Source of the DNA: Octopus bimaculoides | Lineage: Eukaryota | Length of the DNA: 48,008 nucleotides | Direction: 5' to 3' | NCBI RefSeq assembly: GCF_001194135.2 | Contig: NC_068988.1 | Coordinates: 75,422,373 to 75,470,380 of the forward strand | Shown: positions 23,309-36,776 of the stretch, piece by piece | How positions within the stretch are numbered: the first letter of the stretch is position 1 | Layout: the number at the start of each line of letters is the position of its first letter | The notes under the pieces: generated by a model | What the model was told of the DNA's origin: nothing | Seen by the model: only the letters and a program-made list of their open reading frames with translations | The model's database searches: none | Program-made: the position numbers and the translations under genes

Positions 23309-23539
23309 CTGAAATATTGCTTGAACATGCAGAGAGAGAAGGTTTCATCCCTAATGTTTAAAATGTTACATATATATCAATTGTCAGACGAATTTCTAAT
23401 ACGAAATTCCTTGCATGACTATCTAAATTATAAATCTTTGTAATTGCTATTAGTAAATGAAAAGCGTGTAATGGAGAATATAGCTGAAAAAATGCGAGAG
23501 ATCAGGTATGTCTCAAAAGAAGAAAACAGATCTAGACAG

Positions 23540-26200
23540 ATATGGCAACGGAAACAACCATTTCTTGATAAATATGCTGTAAACTACGCCACTTTACGAC
23601 ACCAAGAAATAGAATTAGAAAGGAACAACCTCATCAATACAACAGACGCAAGAACACGTGGCAAAAATACACTCGTTTCACCGTGAATCGAAGACTAGCT
23701 ACGGTAAAAACTCTTCGTTACTATTACAAGAACGCCCTAATGCACATAGCATTCACAAAAACACAAACAAAACAGATATTCCTTTGATTAAACCATAGGG
23801 ATAGAAAAACTAGGAGATCATTCTCAAGATCTCAACAAAGGCTATCTATAAGGAACTGGGTTTAAAAAAAAAAGAAAAAAAAAAGACAGTCTAGATCCCG
23901 AAGTGAACCTAGATTATTTCTCCAGGTTGTTAGAAATAGTACTACCAATAAAATGAAAAACAATATATGAAACAAGATAGAAAACATAATGAAACCAAGT
24001 GAAATACCACGACCAAAATAAAACGTTCATCAAGCAAACATCAACAGTAATAGAAATCGTAAACAGAGAAAAACCCATTTATTAGCGTCAAAATGAAAAA
24101 CAATATACGAAGCAGGATAGAAAACGTAATGAAACCAAGTGAAATACGACCAGAAAAAGAGAAGAGCCAAGACGGAACATATCCAAAACAACTGAACGTA
24201 TTGACCCTAAAATATTTGATTTATCTAAAAGAGATTTAAACAATGATGAACGCGAACTTTTTGAGGAAGAACTAAAATTCACACCTACACCAAGTCAACC
24301 ACCAAGATTTGGAGGAGGATATCCAAAAATTCTGACGGAAATTACGACTTGTTGAATTCTTTGCTACTAAAGGTGGTGATGTTGGTGAATCCCTAGTAAG
24401 GAATAAATCAAAATTCACCCGGCCAGAAGGAAGAAATAACTGTCTCGGCCAATACAATGATTTTCTGTCTAAATTTCGCCTTAGACGCAATACTAATGTT
24501 AGGCCAAATATTAACAAATCAGAGATATCTGCACTTAAAAACGCCTACAAAACGATAACACAATAATCATTAAACAAGCAAATAAATGGGGTGCAATTGT
24601 TATAATTGATGCTACAGGGGGATTTAGTTGAGGTCTAATTGAATGCTACAGGGATTTAGTTGAGGACTAATTGAAGGACACAAAATTCTGCTGTGAAATA
24701 CCTTCAAATATAGACCACCACACCATGACAAAGGTCAATAACCTGGTTTCAAAACATTACAACCCCCTTACCAGTAACGACAGAGATTACCTCACCAATT
24801 TCGAACCGAAACCTAGTAACCTCTATGGCTTACCAAAAATGCGCAAGTCAAAAGAAATTCAACGTGCAGTAAAGAAACAAGAAAGTGAGTACATAAAATT
24901 ACTACACCCGAAAGACCTAAAACTCAGACCGATTATAGGTAGTCCAGCATGCCCTACCCACGGTCTAAACAATTTTATTGACATCATTTTGAAACCATTA
25001 TGTACCCACATGGTTTCTCCGGGATGAGATCAACTTCCTGTCTCACCTTCCCAAAACAACGGAATCGAATTTACTTTTACTTAGTTTTGATGTAGTAAGC
25101 CTTTACACCAATATTCCACATGATTTAAGAATAAAGGCGATTAAATACTGGGTGTTAAAACATAGAGAAGTGATTCCCAGTAGATTCACCGTACCATTTA
25201 TATTAGACATAGTCAAACTTATCCTTGAAAATAATATTATATTTCAATGGAAAGAATTACATCCAAGTTAGAGGCACATCGGTTGGAACGAGATTTGCTC
25301 CCATTTATACGAACTCCGTAATGGGATACTAAGAAAAACAACTCTATCAAAGAGTAGAGGAAATCTACAACACTGAATTTAGAAGGTATATTGAAGATGT
25401 ATGGAAGAGATACATTGACGATTGCTTCATAATCTGGACAAAATATCTAGATACTCTGGAAGAATTTAATATCTTCTTGAATAATCTGCACCCAACTCTC
25501 CAATTTACAAAGGAGATGATTAATACCAAATTACCATTTCTAGATATAATCGTAATTAAAAGTGACACCACCATCACTGATATATACTATAAGCATACAG
25601 ACACGCATCGAAATGTCAATCGTGCCATCCAACACGTACAAAACGCAATATCCCATACTGCCTAGCCAGAAAAAATTGTACCATTGTGGAAGATGTGAAT
25701 ATCAGAGACAAACGCTTAACACAGCTCGAAGAATTTCTACTCATTAAAGGATATAATCACGGATCGGGCTATGAAGAACTTGAAACAATCATTAACAAAG
25801 GCAAAGTTTGGCCTAAGCAAGAATGACATATCATTCACTGTGTCTAAATGCAATGATAATCGATGTATTACATGTCAGTTCATACATACCGGTCAATATA
25901 TGAACACAGAAACAAGATTATTTACAAATGCAAATATGAACTGCAAAAGCAGAGATTTAATTTACTGCATCAAATGTTCGAATTGTGAAGAGATATACGG
26001 AACATTCACGTATGCACCGACAGCAAATTAGGGATTCTGATGTCCGTCAAATACCTTTAAGCCACAATCTGGCAACATATGTTCAGAAAACGTTTATAAT
26101 ATTCCCATATTCCCATTCTACAAACTACATAACTCAAGTGAAATTGGGAGAAAAGTCAGAGAAAAGAATTTTATTGATAAATCCAAACCCGTTCTAAATG
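23540..26200 (+). mobile_element. Decayed Penelope-like retroelement (RT + GIY-YIG endonuclease)
   Basis: NLYGLPKM, LRPII, SFDVVSLYTNIP, GTRFAP, YIDDCFIIW and LPFLDI motifs; C-terminal NCKSRDLIYCIKCSNC; frameshifted. Confidence 0.9.
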
Positions 26201-26399
26201 GACAGTTATAGAAACGGTGAATTATAATGATGATGGTGATAATAAAGATGATGGGAGGATGTTAGTAGTGTTGACCAAATGAACATTGACTCGACTGAAA
26301 TGTTAAAATTTCTGGAGTAACAATAGAAGTCAGTTAGAACAGGAATGTTGTTTACAACATTCCAAGATATAACCAAACAATTATTCTTTTAGATGCAAG

Positions 26400-26855
26400 T
26401 AATGTAAAGAATCCTTTATTTTCGTTTAACGTAGAGGAGGTCTATGTCACTGTTGATGTGGAAATTATGTGTGCTGGTTAGTATCTTCCGGGTTTTCACA
26501 TCAATGGCTCGCATCTCATCAACCATCCAGTCAAGTAGCCCAAAATGTTGGCATGAGTACTGACACTGCAAGCACATTGTGGGCTACAGTTCTGTTGAAT
26601 GCAGAGAATTCTGAGATCATTTTTCTTTATTCGGCTGTAATATCCTTTAGTGGTACGTATCTTGTACAGGTGTCAGTGTAAAATGTTTTCACCCACCTCA
26701 AGGTAACTGTGACGTTCCTCGTCAAAAACATTGATGGAGATGTTGCTAGTCTGATTTACAGTTTACTCTCTTTTCATAACCATATAGCAACATTTATCCT
26801 GATCAAATCCCAGCCCTATATCCTTTAAGAATATTGTAACGCAGGTCAAGGCTCT
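26400..26855 (-). mobile_element. Decayed R4/Dong-like non-LTR RT fragment
   Basis: Minus-strand translations FLKDIGLGFDQDKCCYMVMKK, SAFNRTVAHNVLAV and IDVKTRKILTSTHNFHINSDIDLLYVKRK. Confidence 0.65.
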
Positions 26856-26870
26856 TTTTCATCTCATACA

Positions 26871-26872
<2 letters not shown>

Positions 26873-26920
<48 letters not shown>

Positions 26921-26930
26921 GCTATCTATC

Positions 26931-26988
<58 letters not shown>
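26873..26988. repeat. (TATC)n tetranucleotide microsatellite
   Basis: Direct inspection. Confidence 0.97.
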
Positions 26989-27154
26989 AGTTTCTCATTC
27001 TTTCTTTCTTTCTCTTAATATGTATGTGTGTGTGTATGCATGTGCGTGCGCGCGCGTATATGCATGCATACTCTCAGCAACAACATATATATACACATAC
27101 TTTGTAAAGTTTGTTTAAAAGCATTTCGTGTTTTAGTCGCCGCGTCAAAATGAA

Positions 27155-27955
27155 AGCAAGACAACACAAGTAAACATAAAACACACATCCGTGCGCGCGC
27201 ACAAAACAGAGACATTAGCAAACGCCAATAACAAATGTATAACTAAAAGTCAACGATTTGGGTTCTATCTTTTTCTAATGACATACTGGTATATTGTATG
27301 TTTTCCGTCATATTTTCCTGCTTTCTATTTGCATGTACGATGTTAACAGACAAACAATGAAGCGAATAACGGAAAGTAACGATTTCTTCCGACTCTTCCT
27401 AAAGCTGACTCAGAGTTACTTCAAGTTAATAATGATTGGTCACTTCCTCCATTGATGACAACGTCTGTTGACCCTCCACATCCGATTCAACAAGATAGAC
27501 AGTCAAAACTAACACCTTCACCGCTATTCCTTATAAGAAAACATTGATCGTCTATAATCCTGTGCATTTCTTGTATTGTTCTTAGGTCTGTTCTGTTAGT
27601 TTAATAGAAGAAATTGGATAATAGGTAACTGTGCGAGAAATAGAAATAGCTTGTGTGTATACAAATGTCCATGTGGTGTTCACAGTGAATATTATTTGTT
27701 TAACACTGGACGGAAAACGTTATAAAGGAAAAATTAAGGGTAAAAATATATTTCGGACGTAGCCCTTCGTCGGATATGCAGAGGAGAAGCCAAAGAAGGC
27801 AAGACAACACACGTAAACATAAAACACACATCCGTGCGCGCGCACAAAACAGAGACATTAGCAAACGCCAATAACAAATGTATAACTAAAAGTCAACGAT
27901 TTGGGTTCTATCTTTTTCTAATGACATACTGGTATATTGTATGTTTTCCGTCATA
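27155..27955 (+). repeat. About 150-bp near-identical direct repeat, period about 645 bp
   Basis: GCAAGACAACACA...TTTTCCGTCATA at about 27156-27312 and 27800-27955. A decayed hammerhead-like motif lies on the minus strand at about 27748-27773. Confidence 0.85.
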
Positions 27956-28599
27956 NNNNNNNNNNNNNNNNNNNNNNNNNNNNNNNNNNNNNNNNNNNNN
28001 NNNNNNNNNNNNNNNNNNNNNNNNNNNNNNNNNNNNNNNNNNNNNNNNNNNNNNNNNNNNNNNNNNNNNNNNNNNNNNNNNNNNNNNNNNNNNNNNNNNN
28101 NNNNNNNNNNNNNNNNNNNNNNNNNNNNNNNNNNNNNNNNNNNNNNNNNNNNNNNNNNNNNNNNNNNNNNNNNNNNNNNNNNNNNNNNNNNNNNNNNNNN
28201 NNNNNNNNNNNNNNNNNNNNNNNNNNNNNNNNNNNNNNNNNNNNNNNNNNNNNNNNNNNNNNNNNNNNNNNNNNNNNNNNNNNNNNNNNNNNNNNNNNNN
28301 NNNNNNNNNNNNNNNNNNNNNNNNNNNNNNNNNNNNNNNNNNNNNNNNNNNNNNNNNNNNNNNNNNNNNNNNNNNNNNNNNNNNNNNNNNNNNNNNNNNN
28401 NNNNNNNNNNNNNNNNNNNNATTACGTCACTCGCAGAAAACAATTTGGGAAGTGGAAGATAAAAACATTCGATTCCACATTACCTGGAACATAATATAAA
28501 AAAGAAGCATGACCATATTCAAATGAGAGGTACGGGTCACTCTTAATTAAATGTTCAGGTAGTGTCCTCAATAAATTGGAGGAACTTAGACTGAAATCT

Positions 28600-28905
28600 T
28601 TACATAATATCGGTTTCAAATTTTGGCACATGGCTAGCAATTTTGAGAGACGGGTCCAGTCGATTATATCGACCTGTATTTATAGATGTTTTCGATCTAG
28701 TTTGAATTCTTTGCCATCAAAGAATTCAAATTTGATGGCAAAGAATCCAAACTAGATCGAAAACATCTATATTTTATCGACCCAGAAAGGATGAAAAACA
28801 AAGTTGACCTCGGTGGAATTTGAACTCAAAGCATAGAGACAGACGAAATGCTGTTAGGCATTTTGTCTAGCGTGCTAACTGTTGTACCAGCTTGCCGCCT
28901 TAGAT
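28600..28905 (-). mobile_element. SINE interrupted by a 41-bp-arm fold-back
   Basis: Reverse complement of the 9048-9180 family with B-box GAGTTCAAATTC; hairpin at 28681-28771. Confidence 0.8.
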
Positions 28906-29269
28906 ATGTTTGTATTATATTAGAAGCACTCTGCCACCTACTCTACTTCTAACAGCTTCCCGTAACTATATATATGTATCCCCAAACATAGTCGTGTATG
29001 CTATCTAAGGCTGTAAGCTTTGGTTTAGCAATTTGTTACTCTATATAATAGACCTCTTAATTATGCACTCTTATTATACTAATGTTCATTTCATAAATAG
29101 TAAAATTTCATAAATATAAAATAGGCTTTCAACCATTAAGTCTCTTTTTTATTTATTGTATCTTGTTTTATTGTAACGTCGCTTGATGTCATATTTTCTT
29201 TTTCATCTATATGCTACATAGAGCAATAAAGACTGAGGTCATGTGTCTATAAATGGATGTATAGGTACA

Positions 29270-29336
29270 TGTGTGCGTACGCGTGTATGTAATGTGCGTG
29301 TGTGTGTGCGTGTGCGTATGTGCATATATGTATATA

Positions 29337-29408
<72 letters not shown>

Positions 29409-29425
29409 TGTGTCTGTGTGTGTAT
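29270..29425. repeat. Compound (GT)/(AT) microsatellite
   Basis: Direct inspection. Confidence 0.95.
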
Positions 29426-29493
29426 TTATGCATAGAAAACTAGAAAATGAATATAAATGTACAAGCATGCATATGTAGACATGTGAGTGTTTA

Positions 29494-30588
29494 CGAGGGT
29501 ACGCTGAAAAGTTTATGGGCTGACTATGAAAGGGTGATGTTGGTGCTGTGAAATATTGCGTGCATTAATTTCAACCCTTCTTATTAATAACTGCGTTGTT
29601 TCTTTCCGAGTAAACGGACATCCGATTGTTCAAAGAAAGCTTTAAGACTCTAGAAAATCAACAAAATTTGGTATCGTAATATTATCAAGTACCTGCAGAA
29701 AAAGGGTTTAGCCCCCAAGGACATTCATGCTGATATGATTGCTACATTAGAGAATGACCATTCAGCTTCAACGGTGTAAAGTGGGAAACTGAATTTAGGA
29801 AGGGAAGGGAGAGTTTTGAAAATGATCCAGGGTCTAGACGTTCCACAACTGTCACCATCGAGGAAGACATTGGTCGTGTTCACCATATGGTACTGGAAGA
29901 CAGGCGATTGACTATATATCAAATAGCCAATGCTATTAGCACATCCCGTAAGAGAGTTGAGAATATTCTGCATAATGGACATGGCATGATGCAGATTTCT
30001 GCTCGATGGGTGCTACGTCTTCGGACACCTTATCAAAAGTGTACCAGACTGATCACATCACAGGAAAATCTGACATTGTTTGAGGCAGTTCCAGCTGGTT
30101 TCCTTGAAAGTTTCTTAAACCAGGATGCATGTTGGGTTCATCTCTGAGCTAGAGACAAAGATACAATCCATACAGGGGAAATGCCCCCTCATCACCTGCT
30201 CCAAAGAAGGCCAAGGATGGGTTCATCTGCAGGTAAGGTGATGGCCTTAGTTTTTGGGATGGCAAAATGCATTGCTTTAATTAACTTTCTTCAAAAGGAC
30301 CACACCATCAATGGAGAGTACTGTGGAAGCTTGCTGAAGCAGTTACGAAAGGCTATTAACATCAAACGCTTTAGAAAACTGACGAAATTGATCTTGTTTC
30401 ATCAGGATAATGCTCCAACACACAATTCGTTGGTTCCAATGGCTGATTTTTGTTGATCAACAGGATGAAAGTTTCTTCACTAATTGGATCCAAGCATTGT
30501 AACAACAAGGGAGACTATGTTGAGATATGAACCTCATTTACCCATATTCCATGAGAGTATCTTGGTTGGCCTTTTCGACCGACCCTCG
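29494..30588 (+). mobile_element. Decayed, internally deleted mariner (Tc1/mariner) transposon
   Basis: TA|CGAGGGT...GAAAAG and CTTTTC...ACCCTCG termini; transposase motifs DRRLTI, ARWVLR (WVPR), SAGKVM and FHQDNAPTH; YSPDLAP region absent. Confidence 0.88.
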
Positions 30589-30870
30589 TGTGTATGCATA
30601 CATACATACATACATGCATACATACATATATACATATATATACGTGTGTGTGTGTGTGTGTGTCTGTGTGTGTGTGTGTGTGTGTGTTTAGAAAGGTATG
30701 CATATGTGTATATATATGCATTTATGTATATATGCACGTATGTATATGTATGCGTATGTCGGTTGTGTAAGTATGTGTGCGTGTGTAGGGTGTGTGTAGT
30801 ATATGCGTGTGACTGAGTAGATATATTTACGTATGTATATGTACGTATGTATGTATGTATGTACGTATAT

Positions 30871-32150
30871 CAGGCGTTTTGCTGCAAAAACAGGCAAAAG
30901 CAAAGGTATTTACCTCTATCATAAGAGACCTTTTGTATGCAGATGATTGTGATCTAGTAGCGCACACAGAGATTGATATGCAAAACATTTTGAATGCATT
31001 CTCTGATGCTTGCACTGCCTTAGGATTGACAGTCAGTCTCAAGAAAACTGTTGTCATGTACCAACCTGCCCCTGGTAAGCAGTATATTGAACCAAATATC
31101 TATGTGTATGGTAAATGACTTGGTGTAGTCGATCAGTTTGTCTACCTGGGAAGCACTGTTAACAGATATGGCAATTTGGACAATGAAATTCCATACAGAA
31201 TTAGGAAAGCAAGTGATGCTTTTGGAAGGCTAGAAAGGCGTCTCTGGGGTCGGCGAGACATATGCAGGAAGACAGAGATAAAGGTGTAAGGCGTGTGTAC
31301 TCTCTTCTCTTCTTTATGCCTGCGAGACCTGGGTCACATATCGATACCACCTTAAACAACTGGAACGTTTCCATCAGATGTGTCTCAGACGGATCTATGG
31401 CATTAAGTGGGAGGACCGTTTCAGTGATCTTGAGATATTGGAAAGCTGTCGGTGGGAAAGTGTAGAAGCTCTCGTGTTGAAGCAAAGGCTCAGATGGAGT
31501 GGTCATCTGGTCAGGATGAAAGATTCAAGGATGCCAAAACAACTCCTTTATGGAGAGTTAGCTAAAGGAGAACGACCTCCACATAAACCAAAAAAGAGAT
31601 ATAAAGACTTGCTGAAGGTTTCCTTGAGAGATGCCAACGTTTCTCCTAACACGTGGGAAGGCATAGCTATTGACCGTGGCAGGTGAAGAAGGATTGTGCA
31701 TGAGGGGACAACTACTTTTGAGAAATCATGAATTGCACATGAGAAATTAAGGAGGGATGTCAGGAAGGGCATTGTTGTTGCACTTCCAGATGCAGTGTCT
31801 GTGCAAGACCGTGCCTCAGTAAAGCGGGACTCATGAGTCATGTTCGTAGTCATAAAGCAGGACCGATGATTGACTACCAGGCCACTGGTGATGATGCTAC
31901 ACACCATACTAATCATGTCTGTCGGGCATGTGGAAGGGAATGTGATTCAGCAGGAGGACTTAAACGACACGCAAAGGTACATGGAACCCAATTACAACAA
32001 CAGCCAGCTATTGACAGTAAAGGTCTTGGATGCCAACTCTGTGCAAGACATTGTAGATCTTTGGCTGGGCTAAAAAATCACATTCGATCACAGTACCGTT
32101 AAGCTTTGTGCAATGGCCATACTCGATAACGAAGGGGCAGCCATCATCAT
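30871..32150 (+). mobile_element. 5'-truncated RTE-clade LINE (RT 3' half plus C2H2 zinc fingers)
   Basis: [52 protein letters not shown]; ends in (CAT)n. Confidence 0.92.
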
Positions 32151-32271
32151 GCACGTATATATGTATTTATGTATTATGTATGTATGTATGTATGTATGTA
32201 TGTATGTATTATGTATGTATGTATGCACGTATATATGTATTTATGAATGTATGTATATATATATATATGTA

Positions 32272-32316
<45 letters not shown>

Positions 32317-34674
32317 ATATATGTATGTATATATATANNNNNNNNNNNNNNNNNNNNNNNNNNNNNNNNNNNNNNNNNNNNNNNNNNNNNNNNNNNNNNN
32401 NNNNNNNNNNNNNNNNNNNNNNNNNNNNNNNNNNNNNNNNNNNNNNNNNNNNNNNNNNNNNNNNNNNNNNNNNNNNNNNNNNNNNNNNNNNNNNNNNNNN
32501 NNNNNNNNNNNNNNNNNNNNNNNNNNNNNNNNNNNNNNNNNNNNNNNNNNNNNNNNNNNNNNNNNNNNNNNNNNNNNNNNNNNNNNNNNNNNNNNNNNNN
32601 NNNNNNNNNNNNNNNNNNNNNNNNNNNNNNNNNNNNNNNNNNNNNNNNNNNNNNNNNNNNNNNNNNNNNNNNNNNNNNNNNNNNNNNNNNNNNNNNNNNN
32701 NNNNNNNNNNNNNNNNNNNNNNNNNNNNNNNNNNNNNNNNNNNNNNNNNNNNNNNNNNNNNNNNNNNNNNNNNNNNNNNNNNNNNNNNNNNNNNNNNNNN
32801 NNNNNNNNNNNNNNNNNNNNNNNNNNNNNNNNNNCGTTCAAATTGTATTTAAAACAATGATAATTTAAAACAATGATAATTTATTTAAGCTGGTTTTTGT
32901 ATATAATATACATGTTAGTATATATTATAATGGATGAAGGGATGATTATTGAATGTTTATTACTTTGATATTTTGATATTTTTAATAATTTTTCTATCTT
33001 TATAAATTAAGTATTTCATATAAATTCATTTGGTACTTATTGTTGGTTGAGATATATATATATTTATTTATTTTAATTATTGTTCTACTTACGACTTGAC
33101 GATTAGCTATATTTTTGAATAGAATTTATTTTCGATAAGTTCAATTGATTTTAATCGATTTAAATTTCCTTTCTATTTGAAAATAAGTTATGAAACACGT
33201 GTAGTCATTTTATTATCTTTATCTTATGATATTTACTTTGTTTTATATTATACTCATTTATTGTGCTTTTAATTGTTAATTTTTCTATATGTGATAGTGG
33301 ATCTTCATCGATGAGTTCTTGAAACTTGGTTATTNNNNNNNNNNNNNNNNNNNNNNNNNNNNNNNNNNNNNNNNNNNNNNNNNNNNNNNNNNNNNNNNNN
33401 NNNNNNNNNNNNNNNNNNNNNNNNNNNNNNNNNNNNNNNNNNNNNNNNNNNNNNNNNNNNNNNNNNNNNNNNNNNNNNNNNNNNNNNNNNNNNNNNNNNN
33501 NNNNNNNNNNNNNNNNNNNNNNNNNNNNNNNNNNNNNNNNNNNNNNNNNNNNNNNNNNNNNNNNNNNNATATATATATATATATATATATACATGGGTAT
33601 ATACTAGTATATATGTGTCTATATAGTGTGTATACATATTGATTATATATGTGCATATGTGAGTATATTGTTGCGCTCGCATATGTGTATGTAGATTGAA
33701 GATGTGTGAGAGTATGTATAGTGTACACTCATATATAAAAGCAGGTCATCGTCGACATACGAGCGATCGACTTTACGATGATTGGTACGCCAGCTCCCAG
33801 CAGCAACAATAAATAGTCAAGTTGAAATCTAATGGGTTTAATTTCTTATTAACCCGTCTATGGATGATGTCATCTAACAAAGGTTTCCCCTAGGCTTGGT
33901 TATCGATCGCCACTGTGTTGGATGGCTATCCTGTCGCGGAGACATCGAGGCAACTGCTTGAGACTGCGAAATTTTTGACTATCGTTAGTATAATAGTATA
34001 ATACAGAATACTGTGTGTGACTTTTACCTGAGAATGTACCTTAAGAATGTACAAATATAAAACAAAGCTAGGTAGGCCTATCGGCCGACTTGCGACCAGT
34101 CAGTTGGAACCAACTGTGGTCGTAAGTTGACGACGACCTGTATAAACTAATGCGTATAAATATGCGTATGTCCTAAGGACGAACGAACAGTGACAGCTTT
34201 AAATCTCTCTATCCAACAGTATAATGTCACATGTAAATGACCTTTCTGGGGATGTTTTCAGCGACCATGCCTGCAAACTTCAGGCGTTTTGCAGCGAGTC
34301 GGGACTATAAACTAATTAAAATAACAACTTGAAAAATAAGATTGCTTTGACCTCGTTGTTCTTAGAATATCCGTCTACTTTCTCTATAAATTCAATTGTT
34401 TCTTTTAAGATATCACTTGTCGAACATGATAGTTCGTGAATGGGCCATCTTCTGGCTTTACCATCCTGTTTATGTGTCTATGTGTTTAATATTTACCTGA
34501 TGATGGTAGGTCTTTGCTATGATGCTATGATAAAATGATAGCGAAACAGCTGTAATAAATTTTGATCCTAACTTTTGTTCTTCTTTTATACATACGCCAC
34601 AACTGGAACCAACTCTGGATAGTATCAACGGTTAATATTCCATTTGGTACCTCTGTGTGTATGTGTGTGTGTAA

Positions 34675-34676
<2 letters not shown>

Positions 34677-34729
<53 letters not shown>
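34677..34729. repeat. (ATT)n microsatellite
   Basis: Direct inspection. Confidence 0.97.
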
Positions 34730-34759
34730 TTATAGTAGCCTTAAATAAATCTAATCTTT

Positions 34760-36030
34760 GTACCCCTATTAATTCATACTCAGCTTATATAAGGTAATAC
34801 CGGTATCTCGACAACTTATAATAGTTCAATTTAATTAAATCAGTATATAGTTAACATGTTCTTTAACCTCAGTTGCTCCCTTATTAAATACCAGTTAAAT
34901 CCAATTGATCAATCTCCATAGAAACCATATAAGTTAATATTTAGATAAGTAATAAGTAAATAAATATTAAACTATTTCTTTGAAATTTTCTTTTCCTCCC
35001 TCTATTGTGGTAAAATTTGGTATATACTCAAAATATTCAAAGAAGTTTTATCCTTTTGTTAAAATTTCCTTCTTAATAATCTTCTTGATTACCCTAAAAT
35101 TTTAACTTTATACACTAAGACAATATTGTTTGAAATGATCTTTAGAAATTACTTGATTTATCTCTTTCTTAAATGGCTCTACCCTCCTGATCTTAGTATT
35201 TATAAGGGCCTTTATATAAATAACCCTTCTAAACAAGTATCACTAAGAAATTATAAATATTATGTAGGGAGTAACAATAACTTCTTAAACCTATAATATA
35301 ATCCTTAGTTTTAAAAAATTAGTGTGAAATATGAATGTTCTATAACTTAAATTTTCCTTTAGCTGATACCAGGTATTAGTCTTTTATCGATATTAACTAA
35401 ATAAGTAAATATATAATTTTTAGTCTAATATATTTTGAATTATACTTTTTCTATAAATCTTCTGTAGTGGTGTTAATTAAGCTACATATACTTTACCATA
35501 GTATTAGTAATTAAGTATTAGTAATTATTTCTTTTCTATGGTGTTCTGCCCTACTTGATCATTTTATTTTATTTCTTTATTATTTTATAATTAGCCTTTA
35601 TTTATTTATAAATTTAATCTAATTTTTGTATCTCTATAAATTCATACTTAGCTCATATAAAACTACACTGGTATATTCACTACTTATAAAAAACTGCTTA
35701 GATTATAATTTTATTAATATATAATAAGCATGTTCTTTTACCTCAATACTCCTTTATTAATACCAATTAATCAATATACCAATTAATTAATATTCACAGA
35801 TACCATCTGATGAGTTAGTATTTAAGTGTACAATATGTATAAATATTAAACTATTTCTAGATAATTTCATTTCCTCCCTCTATTCTGGTAAAAGTTTGGT
35901 ATATACTCAAAGGTATTCATAAATTTCTATCCTTTTGTTATAATATTCTTCTTAATAATCCTCTGAATAACCCTAAACTTTAACTGTATACAATAAAGCA
36001 ACATTGTTTAAAATATTTAACTATAGTACT
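34760..36030 (-). pseudogene. Two tandem, heavily decayed copies of a possible LINE RT C-terminal region
   Basis: About 34765-35140 aligns with about 35640-36020 (shared TTCCTCCCTCTATT.TGGTAAAA.TTGGTATATACTCAAA). Minus-strand remnants such as FEYIPNF...IEGG and YK..IPVL resemble RTE-like FxYLGS and YK..IP.LLYG motifs only weakly. Confidence 0.35.
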
Positions 36031-36776
36031 ACATGATAAGACTTCTCCTGTTTCATTATCAATGGTCTGCTAGTGGGCGACCCCCTTAATTGTCAGCTAA
36101 CATCTTGCTTTAAGTTTTCCTTTACTAAACCTCATGATATTGCTTCTAATAAATCTTCATTTTTATGACTATACCAACTATGATTTCTGTCTACTCCCTC
36201 AGCCCTACCCCTAACAGATACTGCCCTTTTGTTCTCTCAGCCTTAGATATACAAGGATTTGATAAACTAGTCTATAAATTAAAACTGACCCCATAAAAAC
36301 AAAAAAAAAATCAGTGACAAGCAGTGTCTGTAATAATGTATATCTTCTTGATAACCTAGTAACTTCTATGCTGGAGTGAAAACAGCATGTTCTTTGTCTA
36401 TCTCCTTAGCTTCTTGGAGATTTTAGGTATAATTATACTAATGTGTCTATCTGTTCTAATTTAATTAAATTCTATGTCTTTGTGCAGCTGAGGATTGCTC
36501 TGCATTTTAAATTGAGGTAATGATTGCATTATTCAATTAAATGGAGTTGCATGAAACGATCGTACTGCATTACCTCTGGATATCCTTGTTGCTTATTTTG
36601 ATATATATATATCAGGTTGAGTAAAAGGTAAGTTTTGAACCATGAAGAATTTGTACCGGATTCTTGCAGCGTTTGAATTTTACCTAAATGTATATATTTT
36701 TTTTTTTTGCAATTGTCTGATAATATAGACATAGACGTGCCCAAATGCATCAATAAATTGACATTGATATTTTTCA

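Noticed and set aside
22297-33728. Long ORFs full of X and CVCV/YIYI/THTH runs
   Set aside because: Artefacts of N gaps and dinucleotide microsatellites.
34497-34549. Candidate signal-peptide exon (VSLSFYHSIIAKTYHHQ) with AG/GTAAAT sites
   Set aside because: No start codon, no homology support, and its phase does not connect directly to the next candidate exon.
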